The notes beneath the pieces are model-generated. The model was not told the origin of the DNA. It saw only the letters and a list, made by a program, of their open reading frames with translations, and made no database searches. The position numbers and the translations under genes are program-made. Positions 13,337-28,585 of a stretch of DNA of 64,000 bases are shown here, one piece after another. Position 1 is the first letter of the stretch, and each line of letters opens with the position of its first letter. The DNA is from Chrysomallon squamiferum (lineage: Eukaryota; Animalia; Mollusca), in contig CM022668.1 in the NCBI GenBank assembly GCA_012295275.1, positions 3,410,001-3,474,000 on the forward strand, written 5' to 3'.

Positions 13337-16300
13337 GAATAAGATATACATATATGGTTTTCTATTTTAGGATGAAAGAACATTCAGTGATGAGGAGGAA
13401 GAAAAATTGCAAGGTACTTTTGACTTATCTGCCCCTGATCTAGAACTTGTTCTTCAAACACTGGAATTCATTTTACAACAGGCAAGAATATATTTTATTT
13501 ATGTAATCATTGATTATAGTTATTATTACCAATAGCTATAACAGCAGCAGCATACTAGTAGAGTATGGTTCCATATCTATGGTTGCAATAATAATGTCAT
13601 TATAACTGAATTAATAGTAAAACAAAATAATAAAATTATTATTATTTTTTTTTTTTCTTCAGGAGTTATTACTTTTAGCCTTTTAAATTAGTTAATATTT
13701 TGATTAGGATATGAACTAATAATGTAGATAGTAAGTGTTAAGTTTAAGTTTCTTCATAACCAATTCTGAATTGACAAAGTTTATGTCTGTTTCAGTATTT
13801 AGGGGACATTTTCCTGAGTACAGTTTAGTCTGATACTATACTTAAGAAAAAGAAGAGGAAAAGCAATTTTTAAATAATTTATTTTAAGTATATCATTTTT
13901 TATTATTTTTATTTTTATATTATTTCTATTATTTTTTAACACAGTCTGCATACCATGCTGCCAAACCCACAGTATTAGCTCAGCAGTTACAGCAGTTAGA
14001 ACTGGCAGAAGACAAAGTAAGTTTTTAAATTAACCCTTTTTCTTCTGTACAAATAAGTGTTTCCAAAACAGAATTAGACTTGCATTATATTTTATGTTTT
14101 CTGACAGATACTCATTATATATCCTGACCATGCAGTGATAAAAGAAAGACTGTTACATCCAGCTGCATAGTTGAAACATTGACCATCATTGTCAAAATTG
14201 TAAAAATATTCAATATTACCACACAGAAAAACTATAATTAATAATACATATTTTTATTTCTTTTGTTACTGGAGATCTGTTGTTTTTACCCCCAAAACAT
14301 TACAAAATAAAAATGAGAATAATCTTTTTAAATTCTTACATTACTGTTTCTACATAAATAAAAAAACAAATATATAAATATAAAAATTAAAAAATTAAAA
14401 ATTAAAAATAATAAATAAATTAAAATTATCAATATTTATATAGATATGATTAAATTTTCTTTTTTATATTAAAAAATTTAAGGTTCAGACAATTGTTCAG
14501 AAATGGGCAGCCAGTTCAAGTGAGATAGTGCAGAAACTAAGGGAAACTACTCTTGTGCCAAAACAGGTAACCCTTTAATGATGCTTTGAAATGTGACCAC
14601 AGACTTTTACTGTATGCTAATAGTGGCTTTTATAATTGTTTATTTAATAAATTAATTAAAATGAGATAGAAGATGATAAAATGCACTAATTATTCAAGAA
14701 TCTGTACAATCTAAGTTTTAAATATTTGTAAAATAAGAATAAAAACAAATGAAAAATACAGAAAATCATTAATAATTTCAAGATACAATAAAGTTTTAAT
14801 ATTTCTTTTTTCCAGCTGGAGACTATAAATTGGAGACTTAATCTTCAAATGGCTCAATCCAGTAGATCAAAACTAAAAATACCAAATGCTATCATTGAGC
14901 TTGCAGTGAATGATGAAAACACTGAGGTAAAGATCCAGTGGTTATTATTACTACATATTTACAATTTTTATTTAATTAATAGCTTTGTTAAAACTGAAGA
15001 TACTTATTTTGTTATAAATAAGTTTTCTTAAAAGTGTAAATATTTATTTTGTTTTTAATAGTTTTCTTAAAATTGTAAATACTTATTTTTTATTATTACT
15101 ATTATTATTAAATTGTCAAAAAAATATTTGTTTATTATTAGTAGTATTATTAACATCATAAATATTTATTTGGTTATTATTAATGGTTTTAGTAAAAAGG
15201 TAAATACTATTTTAATAATACTAATAATAACAACATAAATAATTACCATTTTAATAAAACTGATAATAACAAAATAAATATTTACAACTTTACTACTGCT
15301 AATAATAACAAAACAAATATTTTTAATTTTAATATAAAATAACTAATAATAACAATAAATATTTACAATATTTCTATTGACAAAAATAACAATTAGGATA
15401 AAATTATTAATCAAAGAAATATTTACTATTTTGATAATATTTTAATAATCACAAAATAAATAAACAATGAAATAAATATTTAATTTTCAGTAATAATAAC
15501 AGAATTTTAATATTTACAATTTTAATAATAATACTAATAAGAACAAACATATTTATAATTTTAACAATATATTAATAAGAACAAAACAGATATTAATAAT
15601 TTTTATAATAATCCTAAAAATAATATAATAAATACTGACAATTTAATAATAATGAAATAAATGTTTAACATTTTAATAACACAATAAAATAAAATATGTT
15701 TTTTTTTATAAAACACTAATAATAACAATATCAATAATATTGTTATTATTAGTGGTTTTCTATATAAAAAAATTATTACTAATAATAACAAAATAAATAT
15801 ATACAATATTCTACTAATAAAAATAACAAAGTATATATTTATACTTTTGATAAAGCTACTGATAACAAAATATTTAAAATTTTAAAAATACTACTAATAA
15901 TAACAAAATTAATATTACAGTTTTAAGAAAACTACTAATAATAAAATAAATATTTTCTATTTTAATAAAACAAATAATAAGAACATTTATTTTTGTAAAA
16001 ACCCTGCTAATATTAACATATAAATATTTACAATTTTATTAATTCTACAAATAATAACTAAATATCAGCAATTTTATAATATAATAACAATAAAAAATTA
16101 AATCTTTACAAATTTAATAAAACTACTAATCACAACTAAATAAATATTTAAAATATTAATTAAAAATCTATTTGTAGTTTTATTAAAAAGATAAAAAAAA
16201 AGAAGGTTATTACTATTATTAAAATTGTAAATATTTTATTTTGTTATTTGTAGTGTTATTAAAATTGTTAACATATATTTTGTTATTAAAAGTATTATTA

Positions 16301-19300
16301 TCTTATGATGTTGTGAATCTTGTGAAGAGTAAAATATAGTGAAGTATCAAGCTGATTCATTTTTCAGCTAAAACTTGTTTTTCTCAAGTAGAGTCAAATT
16401 AGGAGAGTTTTCTAAATAATTTTACTGTCAGTATAAAACACATCTGAGTATATTAACATCACTAAGTGACAGAAATCAAAAATAAAACAGTTTTAAAATT
16501 GCAATTTGTAATTTTTTTTTTTTTTTTTTGAAAGAACAATGAAAACTGACTGGAAGTAAATAAATTTGTGACTGAAGTTTTAATTAGTTAAAAAAATTTG
16601 ATGTTCAAGTTTAGATTTACATTGATAATTAAATTATTCAGTAATTTTAATGATGGTAAAGTCTTGATTTACATAGGGGATGGTCATTAATTTTCAAAAT
16701 AAACTGTTTTTTATTATTAATATAGAATCAGGGCTTACCATTTTCTAGGAGTAAATTTTAAAAGTTATTTTCACCTTTTCAGTCAGTTCTGAAGGGTGAA
16801 GTTTTCATTTTGCTAGGATGTACGAACTGTATTTAATTAAAATTATTACCTTTTATACTGGCTAAATCTCTCTACAACATCCTCTCAATGTAGTTTGGAT
16901 TTTGTATTTTATTATTATTATTATTATTTCAAATATTTAATAATGTATAAAATAGAATTGTAACAACAAAACTAAATGTGTAAATTAATTAGTGAACTAT
17001 ATAATAATGTTTTCATTCTTTATAAAGAAGAGTTTATAATAATTTTTATACTAATAGTATACTACAAACACTGAATAAACATGAAGCACCTTTTATTCAA
17101 AATTTTATTTATGATTATTAGCTGTTACAAAAACTTTATTATTAATTGAACAAATGACATATAAATAATTACATATTAAATTAAAATTGTAATAGTTTGT
17201 TTTGTTTTGGGGAGTCTTTTTTGTTATTATGTGATGTTACATATTTCCTGTAAATAATTATTTATTATATATAATTTTCTGTTAGTATGTTGAGTAACTT
17301 GTTTAATAATTGCACAAACATGCTAACAGTTGCTTAGATCAATTTTCCTTGAGGCAGTTTTTCTATCTTAGCTATTGTGTAATGTCTGGTTTCCCCATGG
17401 TAATGGATAATCTGTTGTTTCTAATTAGTAAGAGTAGACCCTAGAGATGTAAGTGGCAGGTTTCCTCTGTCCTGAAAAATTATTTTATGTCTGAATATAA
17501 ATATTATCGTTAAAAAAGAATAGGTTGATGTGTTAATAAACATTCACTCATTTTCATGTGTTTATTTTCAGACCAAAGAGAAGATACGGATGGAATTCAA
17601 TCATGAAGAACTGTATGCATTTTATAATCAAGTATGTTTCAGAAATTTAGTTAATATAATAAATTAGTTAATATTTTTTTACAAACAGGAATCTAGAGGG
17701 GAATTCCCAGTGGCAGTCTCTCTGTCTTATATTGGCCAATTGTACCAATGTGTTACAACTTAAATCATCCAATTACTGCAGCCTGTATTTCTGAAATTAC
17801 TGCCCCTTATACATCATTATATATTAGATTGACCAAGATATACATATATGTTTCATGTAAAGAGACATGATGATGTTATTATAGAAATTACAAATCAATG
17901 ACATTTGAAGCTGAACCTCTGACTGGTTGAATTAAAGCACAGACCATTGGAGTGGCTTCAGGAAATGAAAGTGTATTGAAGAGAAAATGTCTTCCAGAAA
18001 CTACACAGTGTTACAATGCAGTGACAGAGCTGATTATCAGACTGCAGCAAAAAAACTTTTATCTAATAAAAGTATTTCAACTGTGTACACCTGATAATAA
18101 ATAAAATGTGACATGATATTTCTAGCTGTCATATTTAAACATATATTATATATTGATAAAGTTGTGAGCATCATATTAATGTTATTCCATAAACATAATA
18201 ATAAAAACAACAGACATAGAAACAAAATAAAAATAATGTATAACATATTTGGTCACATTTATGACCATATTCCTTTTTTGGCAAGTAAGAAAACATTTAT
18301 ATAACAGCTAAGTAATTAAATTGTGAGAAAACTAAAGTGAGGAATATAACAAACACAGTAACATCTTTCTTTTCACAGGTCAGAAATTAATTGTTTTGTA
18401 ATCAGTCTGCGTGAAATCACATGATCATAACTTTTCTGGGAATTAGATACGATTTTGTGATTTTATGTGAGCTATCCAATTATTTTCCATTCCAAACACT
18501 TTACTACAAATAATATTCATAAACACAGTTTTTCTATTCTAGTTTTAAAAAAAAGAGCTTTTTTTTATTATTTTTTTTTTCTTTCTCCTAATATAACCAT
18601 TATTTTTGCAGGAATGGGTTATCTACCTTCCATAAAAAATTCTATATTCAGTTTGTGACTGGTGTGATGGATACTGACTATATATATCATAGTTTTGTTA
18701 AACAAATGTTCACTCATTAAAAAATTTACAAACACTGCAGGACCATTTATAAATTGTGCAGAAGTACAAATAAAATTTTGTCTACCAGTTTTTAATAACT
18801 CGCTGTTAACATTAAAATGTATGAAAGGCATTTTAATCAAGTCTATGAATAAAATGATAAGTATTTATAATAAGCTCTAAAGAAAAGTTAATACATATGG
18901 AGATCTAAAAGAAATGACTTAGATATAAGAAAAAAATAAATTTTGTTTCTGTTTTTAACTTGACCTGTTGACCCTGTTAAAGAAGTAGTTTGTTATTACT
19001 TCTGACAGTTTGAGACTGTTTTTGAACTTAATTCCACATTCAGAAGGATGTGACATTAGGAAAAGAAAAGTTTGAGAAAGTTGCTGTGAAACATTTCTGT
19101 TGTCATGTAAGTGTAATACTCTAAGGTAAATATACATATGATCTAAAATAACACTAGGTAAACCTAAAAATAATGTACATAATCTACAATAATGCAGACA
19201 AAAATCAGAACAAATCTTAATAAATCATATAAACTCAGGTGTAAAAATGAAAAATCAATACAGGTAAAGTATGTTTTATGATAAATACAGGTAGGACAGG

Positions 19301-22300
19301 TAACTGATACAGGTAACGCTCAAATGGGTCCTGAATCATTTCAGTTAAAGGTACAAATAAAGATTTAAAAAAATAAAATTTGGATTCTGTTCAAATATTT
19401 CCAACCCCAGCAAAGTGAGATTGTTTTTCTGGTTAAATTATTCTTCATTACAATTACAGTTGTTTAATTAATTAAAGATAGCCAGTTGAAAACTCTTGCA
19501 TAAGTGGGGGTTTTTTTGGTTTTTTTTTCCTCTGTGCTTTTTATTGCACTAATTAGAGTTATCTATGAAATTTATAATAAAATTTCTGACTTCAAACTGT
19601 TATGTCTTTTTTGATAAAGAATGCATTAAATTCAACAATTTTTGGAATTTATCATTTTCCAGCAAATTGATTAAAAATTAAAAAATGAATCTCTTTGCCA
19701 ACAAAAATACTTTAAACAATAATAATTCAGGTATATAAACAATATGAAATGAAAAGATTATAAATTTTCTTAGAATATATATTTAAAAACATACTTAAAT
19801 TTAAATTTTTGTCTAATATTGTTCTAAAACATGATGCTAATATCTGTTTCTCTAATATATGTATGAGTGGTTTATAAAATCAGTGTTTAAATGAACTGAT
19901 TATGATGATGGTGTCACTTTATAAAATTTAGGATTCATTCGCAGAATGTTTTTGAATTTGTAATTATTGTTTGTTTGTTTTATTTGTTTCTGTTTAATTT
20001 ATATACATTGATACATATTTATTGTATATGTGTTTTTTATTTTTGTAATTGTAGTTTTCAGAAATATTTTAGATTTTGGAATTCACAATTTCTTGAAATC
20101 TGATTTTTATTTTATTTATTTTGTTTTATATTTTGCTTGTTATTTCATTTTTATTTTTAATTTTTCATGCAAAAGATACTCTTCTGTTTTTGGTTAGTAT
20201 TGGAAAGAAGTAGTTGATGTTATTGAGTACTGTCTATATGCTGACATTCTAAGATTTTACAGTAACATGTTATTTAGGAAGACAGGCTATGATGTTACCA
20301 GAAACCATCTGTTAAGTGAGACTCTAGCTGGATGTTTTCACTGACACCCAGACTGTTGACAGCTCCTGTCAATGTCAACAATTTCAGCTTTGTTTTTGTT
20401 CTGTTTTATTCCTTTTTAATTTTATTATTTTTATATATATTTTGTTTTATTTTAATTTATTTTATTTTAAGATATTTTATTTATTCATTTATTCATTTAT
20501 TTATTTATGAGGGGATCAATGAGAGTTTTGATTATCACTATTGTAAAACTAGAATAAATTAAACTGAAATTCTTCTTATGTCTTAGGTGTTTTACTTCTT
20601 TGTTTGTTTTTGTTTGAGTATATTTCTTTCTGCCAATTGATTGAACATGGTGTATATTAGTAATATTTATTTGTTATAACAATAGTTATTATTTTCATTT
20701 TTATTTTTTATTATTATTATTTTATAAATTTTATTTATTGTTTTCTGTTAACATAAGTTTTATAACAAGACATTAAAATGGATTCAACTAGTACCAGATT
20801 TATTATAATTACCATTGTTCATGAAGTTCCTGAAGACTATATCAAAACATTATTTTCATAAATTTGTTTACATACTTCTGACAGACAAATACTTTCTAAG
20901 TTAGTACATATTATTTATCATATTTTCCCTTAAGGCTGCTGTCTGTATAATTTATAATTATTATTTCAACGATAAAAATGATCTTTGAATTCCATATTTA
21001 TTTGTACTTTATCACCAGTTTTACTAGAACTGGCCTTATGTTCCTCTTTTCTCTGTTCTTACACTAATACGTGGTAAATACTGCATTACTGACCAACGTC
21101 TGTTACACAGCATGATGGGGCTAGCAGAGTAACTGTTGTTTGAAATTCACATGTAACCAAGTGAACAGTTACACCCATGTTACTTTCTTGTCTTAATCTG
21201 AGGAGTCACATTGCAGCTATGTTTAAAGGTTAGAAGTACTGTGTATATTTTGAATGTCCTCTCCTCCTCTCCAATTATTATTATTTTTTATTTTTTATAA
21301 AAAGATTTAAACCACTAAAACCTAAGAAATGAGTTGTTAAAGCCAGTGTCAGTGAAAAAACAAGAACCCAGTGATAAAGAAAATGGTCATATCAGGATAG
21401 AAAACTGTGACTCCAACTTGTCATTAGAATAAGGTATTAAGTACATCAGCTTGTAAACAACACAAATATTCATAAAATAGGTTTAATTAGTTGATTGATG
21501 TTATTAAATTATCATTTAATCTCTCTCATGTTTTTTTTTTATTTTTTCTTTCCCTAATTATTTAAACAGGTATAATTTAAACAATAAATAATAATAATAT
21601 TTAAAAGAGTGTAAAATATTTCTCATTTTGCATAATTATAATTTGAAATAGTACACATTTATAAAACTATGCTGCTTCTTTTTTTCAGTGAAAGACCATT
21701 GTACATTCCCTATTAAAATCAAAAAAACAAAAAGATTTATCACTTATTCATTACTAATTTTTTTAATTTTCTATTGCTTCTTTTAAATTATCTTGTTTTT
21801 CCTTGCTTCTTTCTCTTGTTGATTTTTTTTTTTTTGCATTAATTTCTTCTTTAGAATAAACAAGAAAAATGATCAAATGAGCAGCTAAAAACATGTGTGT
21901 GTTTATCAAACCCTGTCAGAACTGCTGGGTGTAGGCATCTTGCAAGTACAAACAACAACAACAACAACACAATGTGGGGTGGGGTGGAGCTGTGTTTGTG
22001 CAGAGATGTGATTAATAGGACAAGTTGTTCAACAGCAGCAGAAAAACACTGCTTTTGTTTAAAACCATTCTGGAAATTCTCCTCGGAATGTTTGAGGTTT
22101 GATACCACAGTTGGTGTGTCGCCATGACAGCAGTTTTGTACACAGTGGTGACGGACTGTGGAACTTACAGTATCCCTTCAGATGTTTTTAACAAACTGTT
22201 AGAAATCTGCACCTTATTGCTGTTCATTTGTTTTTATACTGTTTCAACAGAGTCATATTTAAAAAAAATATATTATTATTTCTATTATAATTGTTATTAT

Positions 22301-24180
22301 CATCATCATCATTTTCATTATTATTGTTGTTGTTGTTGTTGTTGTTGTTGTTACTGCTGGTCACTGAAAAGAACCCATGCTGTCAGTTGCAGTTTATCAG
22401 CAGACATAAAGAGACAAAAAATCTTTAGTATTAAAATATACTGAGATAATATTGATTCATTTTCTGTCAGATGTTTTTACTGATATTTTGTGTGACTGAT
22501 TGATTTTTAAAGTGTTCTTCACAAATTAAAGAATTTTTTTTAACTGATTTCAAAAAGACAAATAAAACTTCAGGTAATATAATTTTGAAATAAATCTTCA
22601 GGTGTTTGCTATGAGAAGTGAATAGATTGAATGATTGTTTAACAACACTCCAGCACAGCAACAACAACAACAACAGTAATAAAGTTAATTTACTTTAAAG
22701 GTAATTGTAGATGAAGCTGGAGTGAATGGACTGATTTTGCCAGTCAGACAAAACTTTGTCACTAACAGAACATTTAAATTATGAGAGGCCCACACTGGTG
22801 TAAGACACTTTGACAGCTAATTCTGTTGACAAACATAACTAGCTACTCATCAAAATACTGTTTTCTTTTTAGAAGATAAACTAACATTCTCTTGTATTTA
22901 TTTCTAATGAAATTAACTTTATATCTGTATGCTGTATTTATATAGTTTTCTAATAATGTTTTTTTTTATCATTTTATGTCAATATGGCAGCAGATATAAT
23001 TGTAACCATTCTTTAGCAACTTTATTTTTCATGATATATTGGAAACTTGAAAAAAATCAAAGAATTTAATCAGTACAGCTTTTGTTTTACTTCCTTACAA
23101 TTTGTCCCCTCAGCTGTAGTTTTTGACATTGTTATAAGTATAAAATGTCAACTTTGTATCACAAATATTTTAATTTATTTGAGGTGGTTGGCAGAAATGC
23201 AGACAGAATGTCTCAGACACATAACTGAGTAAATTCTTCAAAGAACTCAAGGGTATTTGCTTCCTGCACTGACTTATTTTTTCCTGTTTAAGAAGGTTGC
23301 AAATGTTTGTGAACCTCAGTGAAAACCTTCTTTAAAACATTTTGTGTGATTTTTTTTCTTTATTATTCTGTCACTTTTTATTTCATTTTAATTTTTCTTT
23401 ATTTGTTTTTCCTTAGTGGTTTCATTATTATTATTATTATTATTATTAATTTAAAAAAATTTTTTATTATGTCTGTATTTTTTTAAAACCTGTTAAAACA
23501 TTCTTTATACCTGTAACAATTAATTATTTGTGACTAATAAATCCATTATATATATTACATAGTTTTGTGTTTGGTCAAAACAATGAAAACAAATACCCTA
23601 TGCTAGGCTTTTATGCCTTATAAAAATGGTATAAAAATATTTGTTATTTGAAGAAGTCCAATATAACATTTACAAGGTTATCATAACCTGAATTTTCCCT
23701 TCCAGTTTCCCTCCTCCTGTGTAATGTTTAAATGTAACATCAGTATGTAGCTTTCAACATCTTTTTCTAGATTTAGAGTATCAGTATGTGGATTTGTAAT
23801 AACTATATCTAGATTTTGTGACAACCAAAGCTAGATTTCTTGCATCTACACATCAAGATCTGTTACAGTTGTAACATCTAGATTTTTAACATTTGTATCT
23901 TGATTTTTAACATTCATATATAGATTTATAACATTATGTCTAGGTTTATAATATTTCTGGGCTGCAGTAAATAGCAATTATTCTATTCATTATCTCTGTC
24001 CATATACAAAGGAAGTAGTGTTGATTGTAACATTTAAATCTCTTTGTTTGCAGGTGTATTTCTTACAGCATGCTCAGTTACTTGTCTGTATGTCTGATAC
24101 TTCACTACTAACAAATTTAATTATATTTCTTATTTTGACAGCTGGAAACAATACAGAAACAATTGGATGCCTTGAGCTGA
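12633..24180 (+). CDS. COMMD10: COMM domain-containing protein 10 (8 coding exons, 198 aa)
   Basis: Exons 12633-12661, 13010-13100, 13371-13481 (GC donor), 13945-14016, 14483-14566, 14816-14926, 17572-17631 and 24142-24180 (TGA) splice in frame (597 nt). The protein [19 protein letters not shown]...[20 protein letters not shown]...[15 protein letters not shown]...[25 protein letters not shown] matches COMMD10 and the COMM domain as I recall them. AATAAA at 24297. Confidence 0.95.
14990..16300. repeat. Degenerate, extremely AT-rich ~35-bp satellite in COMMD10 intron 6
   Basis: ACTAATAATAACAAAATAAATATTTACAATTTTAATAA-like units recur, with reverse-complement units at both ends. Confidence 0.7.
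17340..17545 (+). mobile_element. Highly degenerate Meta-like SINE copy abutting the COMMD10 exon 7 acceptor
   Basis: CTAATTAGTAAGAGTAGACCC...GTGGCAGGTTTCCTCT is shared with the 53340-53580 copy. Confidence 0.45.
23760..23955. repeat. Degenerate ~20-bp tandem repeat
   Basis: ATCTAGATTT(T)TAACA-like units recur upstream of the last COMMD10 exon. Confidence 0.6.
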
Positions 24181-25289
24181 GAACCTTGCCAGTGCATTGT
24201 TGCATTCCAAATCAAAAGTGAACAATAAGAGTTACTGATAGTGGTGATATATAATACCCTTGTTACTATGAATCACTGATAGATAAATTAATAGAAAATA
24301 AAATTTTATAAAGTAAAATGTAAAATTATATTAATATATAATGATTTTGTTTTATTGTAAATATGTTAACATGAATGAAGGTGTCTTTAATATACATGTA
24401 ATATATATATGTATGGCAGAATGTTCATGTGTGCAGAGAAAAAACACTGAACTAGAATAACAGACATACTGACACATAAATTAAATATCAAGGTTTATCT
24501 AACAATTTTAACTTTATTGCCTGTTTTGTAATAAGATTGATTTTGTACCCACCCACAAGTTATAAACATGTAGGAATATTTTGTTTCTTTTTATTGCTCT
24601 CTGTTCTAGCAGAGAAATTTTTCAAATAAGTTCAAATAAAATGTAATTGCTCTCAAAATATTAAAGTGAAAACATGACTGAACTGTTGTAACTATTTTAG
24701 AACTAGTGAAAATAATCTGTTTAATCCAGTGTAAAACAAGAAAATAGAGATAAGATATCTGGACTAAATGAAACAATTTATTGCTACAATTAGCACACTC
24801 AAAAAGACATCAAGCACATAATTTAAACTGTAAAAATATGTGGACTGTGACAACAGATGTAAGATAACAAAACAGATTACTGGTTTTTTAACACTGGTAG
24901 TTGTAAGACAACATTGTTGGAGATAATTCAGTTGTCAACAAAATTGTAGAAAAATGTTCTTTGATTATTCGTGATTATGATGGTACACATGGAGTTACTA
25001 CTGGTACATTCAGGGCATCTCTGAAAACAATTCTATTGTCAATGATTCCCACCAGACATATTAGTGCAATTATTAAAACAAATAAAATACTAATAAAATG
25101 AAAAATAAGAATGTATTGCGAATTTTTGTACATAATTGTTTCTCTGATTGTTTTTGTCGTTGTTGTTGTGGTTGTTATGTCATGTTTGCAATTTACTGGT
25201 TTCTTGCCAACTCTGTTGGCTCTTAAAATTATAACATACTGTAGTTAAAATGCAGATGAATGGGTCCTTTTTATTTTTATTAATTAATT

Positions 25290-25297
25290 AATTTATT

Positions 25298-25376
<79 letters not shown>
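25290..25376. repeat. (TTTA)n(TTA)n microsatellite
   Basis: Directly visible. Confidence 0.95.
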
Positions 25377-25377
<1 letters not shown>

Positions 25378-26006
25378 TTGTGGTATTCTATCTTTGTTAA
25401 AGTTATTAAAACTTAATCGTGAGTCTTCGTTTGTTTTTACAGCGTGATCCATTTATGCTTAAATTCCATCTCTTTAAATTCCGAACTGAAAAAGTTACAC
25501 GAAACGAACAGTCCCAAACCCTCACCTGGTGTTTATTATCGCGAATATTTTAAAATCGATTTGTAAATACGTTGTAGTCTGCTATCCACGAGCTTAAAGT
25601 TATGATTAAAATGGTCAGCTCTGTGATCCGAAAAATTCATTTTCAGTTGACATTTTAAAAGTTGAGTCTGAACTATTTTTATTTCGAAGTCGAAATAATA
25701 TAATTCTAAACTTTGTGACATCATTTTTCTGGTGTATTTATATCTGGATGTACGCGATGTAAACAATCTGCAGATGTTTCTAAGTCGCACGTTTTTCAGT
25801 GTGTTTTATGAATATAGTACACGTGACAAGTGGCTGACGAGTCAAAAATGTAAATTTGTCTTCATAAACAGTAAAGTAATTTTAGCACATTCTTTTATCG
25901 TCTTTTAAATGCAGCCCCTTCATTTCAGAACTGATAAAATTCCATGTCAACATCACCATTTATAATTTTTTTCGTTTATTTTTTGTATCATTTTGTTAGA
26001 TTTATT

Positions 26007-26047
<41 letters not shown>

Positions 26048-27386
26048 CTTTATTTTATTTTATTTTATTATTTTGTTTTTATTGGCTATTATTATTTTTC
26101 ATCTTCATAGTGAAAGTAACATTATAATAATAAATAGCATTCAGCAGCTTAGATGTTCAATATTTCATTGTTTGGTTTCAGCAGACAAACAGCGTATCTT
26201 ACAACGTGCACGATCTCGCCACGACACCATAGCTGCTGTGAATTTATTTCAGTGGCCAGTAAAACCAGAACAACATAGCTCGTTATGTTTCTCTTTTAAA
26301 CATCTAGCTAACAAATCCAGAGTCGACTTTTAAAACCACTTAGATTCTATAATTATCAGTAGAATTTACGATATATTTCAGACAAAACTAAATAGTAGTA
26401 AATTAATTTCTTACGAGATGACGTCACGGTGAAATTCAGAATTTGTTATTTCACTGTATTACTTTATTATTAGCAAAGGCTGATGCTAGAACAAGAATCC
26501 AAAGATACGTTTCAAGCAAATATTAGCTTTTACACCCAGGCTTATTATTATCCTAAAATACACACTGGGGAAGAGAGAGAAAAAAGAAATCTTTATCATA
26601 GATACTTGTTGAAAGATATGTGTTAAAATGAGAACACGAGCTGGATATATCTATAGTAATTCATGAATATCTATGTCCAGTATAAACAGAACATTGGTGT
26701 TTCTATGCAATGTAAAAAAAAAATTACGCTATTGATTGCCACAGCTTTGTGCAGTAAGTAATGTAATTATAAGCACTTATGATTGAGTTCTGCCGTATCG
26801 TCACGTTTCTGATTGGGTTACACAGACACCTTGCCTTCCACGTGCTTCGGGCAATCTCGGCCTGCTCGTTATAACATACAATTTGTCATGGTGCTTAACA
26901 TCGTTAACTTTCTGTTTCGTTACTTTTCGGATAATGTTGAGATGATATTCTCCTGAAGGCTTTTAATTAAGAGAGAATAAGAAAAAAATAAAATAAAATG
27001 AAAAAGACAGAATACATACATACATATATATATATAATTTTATATTACAGATTATTTTTGTCATATATCTACTTAAACAGAGTAAAAAATGAGGCGTTCT
27101 GAAATGGATATTACATGCACGAACTGATAAATTAGAAAAAGAAATTACAGTTTGGTATTACATTCTCGAAATTTCCCTCTTTTTAATTTTATCCGATCGA
27201 TCGTGGAAACCAAATTATAAATAAATAAGGTAATAAAAATAAAATAAACACACACACACACACACACACCATTATTATTGATGACTGATGGTCATTATTC
27301 AAACTGAGACAAAAAAACTTCAACAGGCTGAATTTAATTATCCCTATTCATTACATATAATTTCACTCAGTATTTCAAAAAGTCAT

Positions 27387-27422
<36 letters not shown>

Positions 27423-28259
27423 TTCTCTATTTGAGAATCTCTATGATTTTTCGATGCTGTAATAATATATATCACCACAAATTTCTCATTTCAGTCTTTT
27501 TTTGTTTCCTTATCGACCCTCATCTGTATTTGCCAAACGTTTAACCTTTAGTAGAAGCCGTGTCGAGGCATTTTGCACAGTTGCCGAGCTAAAGTAGATT
27601 ACCAACAAGAAGCCGCTTCAGTCTTAATGATTAGAGAGCCGCGGGCGCAGTAGACAGTTCGCCTTTAAGAGTCCAAGCATTGTCGACAATGAACCGCGGT
27701 GCGCTGATGGAATCGGGGGAAATTTGTTTAATTTACCACGTATAGAACCTGCAGGTTATCAGTCATTAATTGTTCCACGTCTGCCGCTCTAGACAGGCTC
27801 TTAGTCTGATAGGCGTTTAATTGTAATTATCCTCCAGTTTTTTGAGTACTGATACTAAAACGACCATAACCTTTTTGTTAACAGTGTCTGCCATGTTATG
27901 TCCATTATATCCCAGTCCATGCGAAATAATCTTAAACACTGCTGCTAATCAGTGCTGCCTGTCTTTCAAATGATTATTCTTCTCATTTTGTTCAAATATA
28001 TTTGTCGTTGTCCAGCTTCCTGAGCTTTTGACGAATCCTGAAATAAACAAAAAATGGAAGAACAATATCTTTATTATTTATTAATCACTGCCTCTCACGC
28101 AAGCTTTAGCTACCTGCAGCGGAATCCCAGTTAGGCAGGATATAAATTACAGAGAACCGGAAGATTTTCAGATTTAGGAGCATTGTACCTAATGTAAATA
28201 TGCATACCATCTTAAAATATCCTCCAAAATGATATCATTCTGTCACTTCAGACGTAGCA

Positions 28260-28425
28260 TAAGATATATATATATATGTGTGTGTGTGTATACATATATA
28301 TATATACACACATATATAAACGTGTATATATATATATATATATATATAATGTATTTGTATATATGTATATGTATTTGTATATATGTATATGTATGTGTAT
28401 ATGTATTTATATATGTGTATATGTA
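28260..28425. repeat. (TA/TG)n complex microsatellite
   Basis: Directly visible. Confidence 0.9.
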
Positions 28426-28585
28426 TAATATTAAACTCTGATATAATACTGTACTTTGTTAAGCAAAACCATGTGACTGAGTGATGCTATATATTAATAT
28501 ATATGTATGTAACAATATTGAATAAACTGTATTTTCAAAAGTACTTTTAAGATTTTTTTTAAGCAACTATACAGAAAAAATAAAT

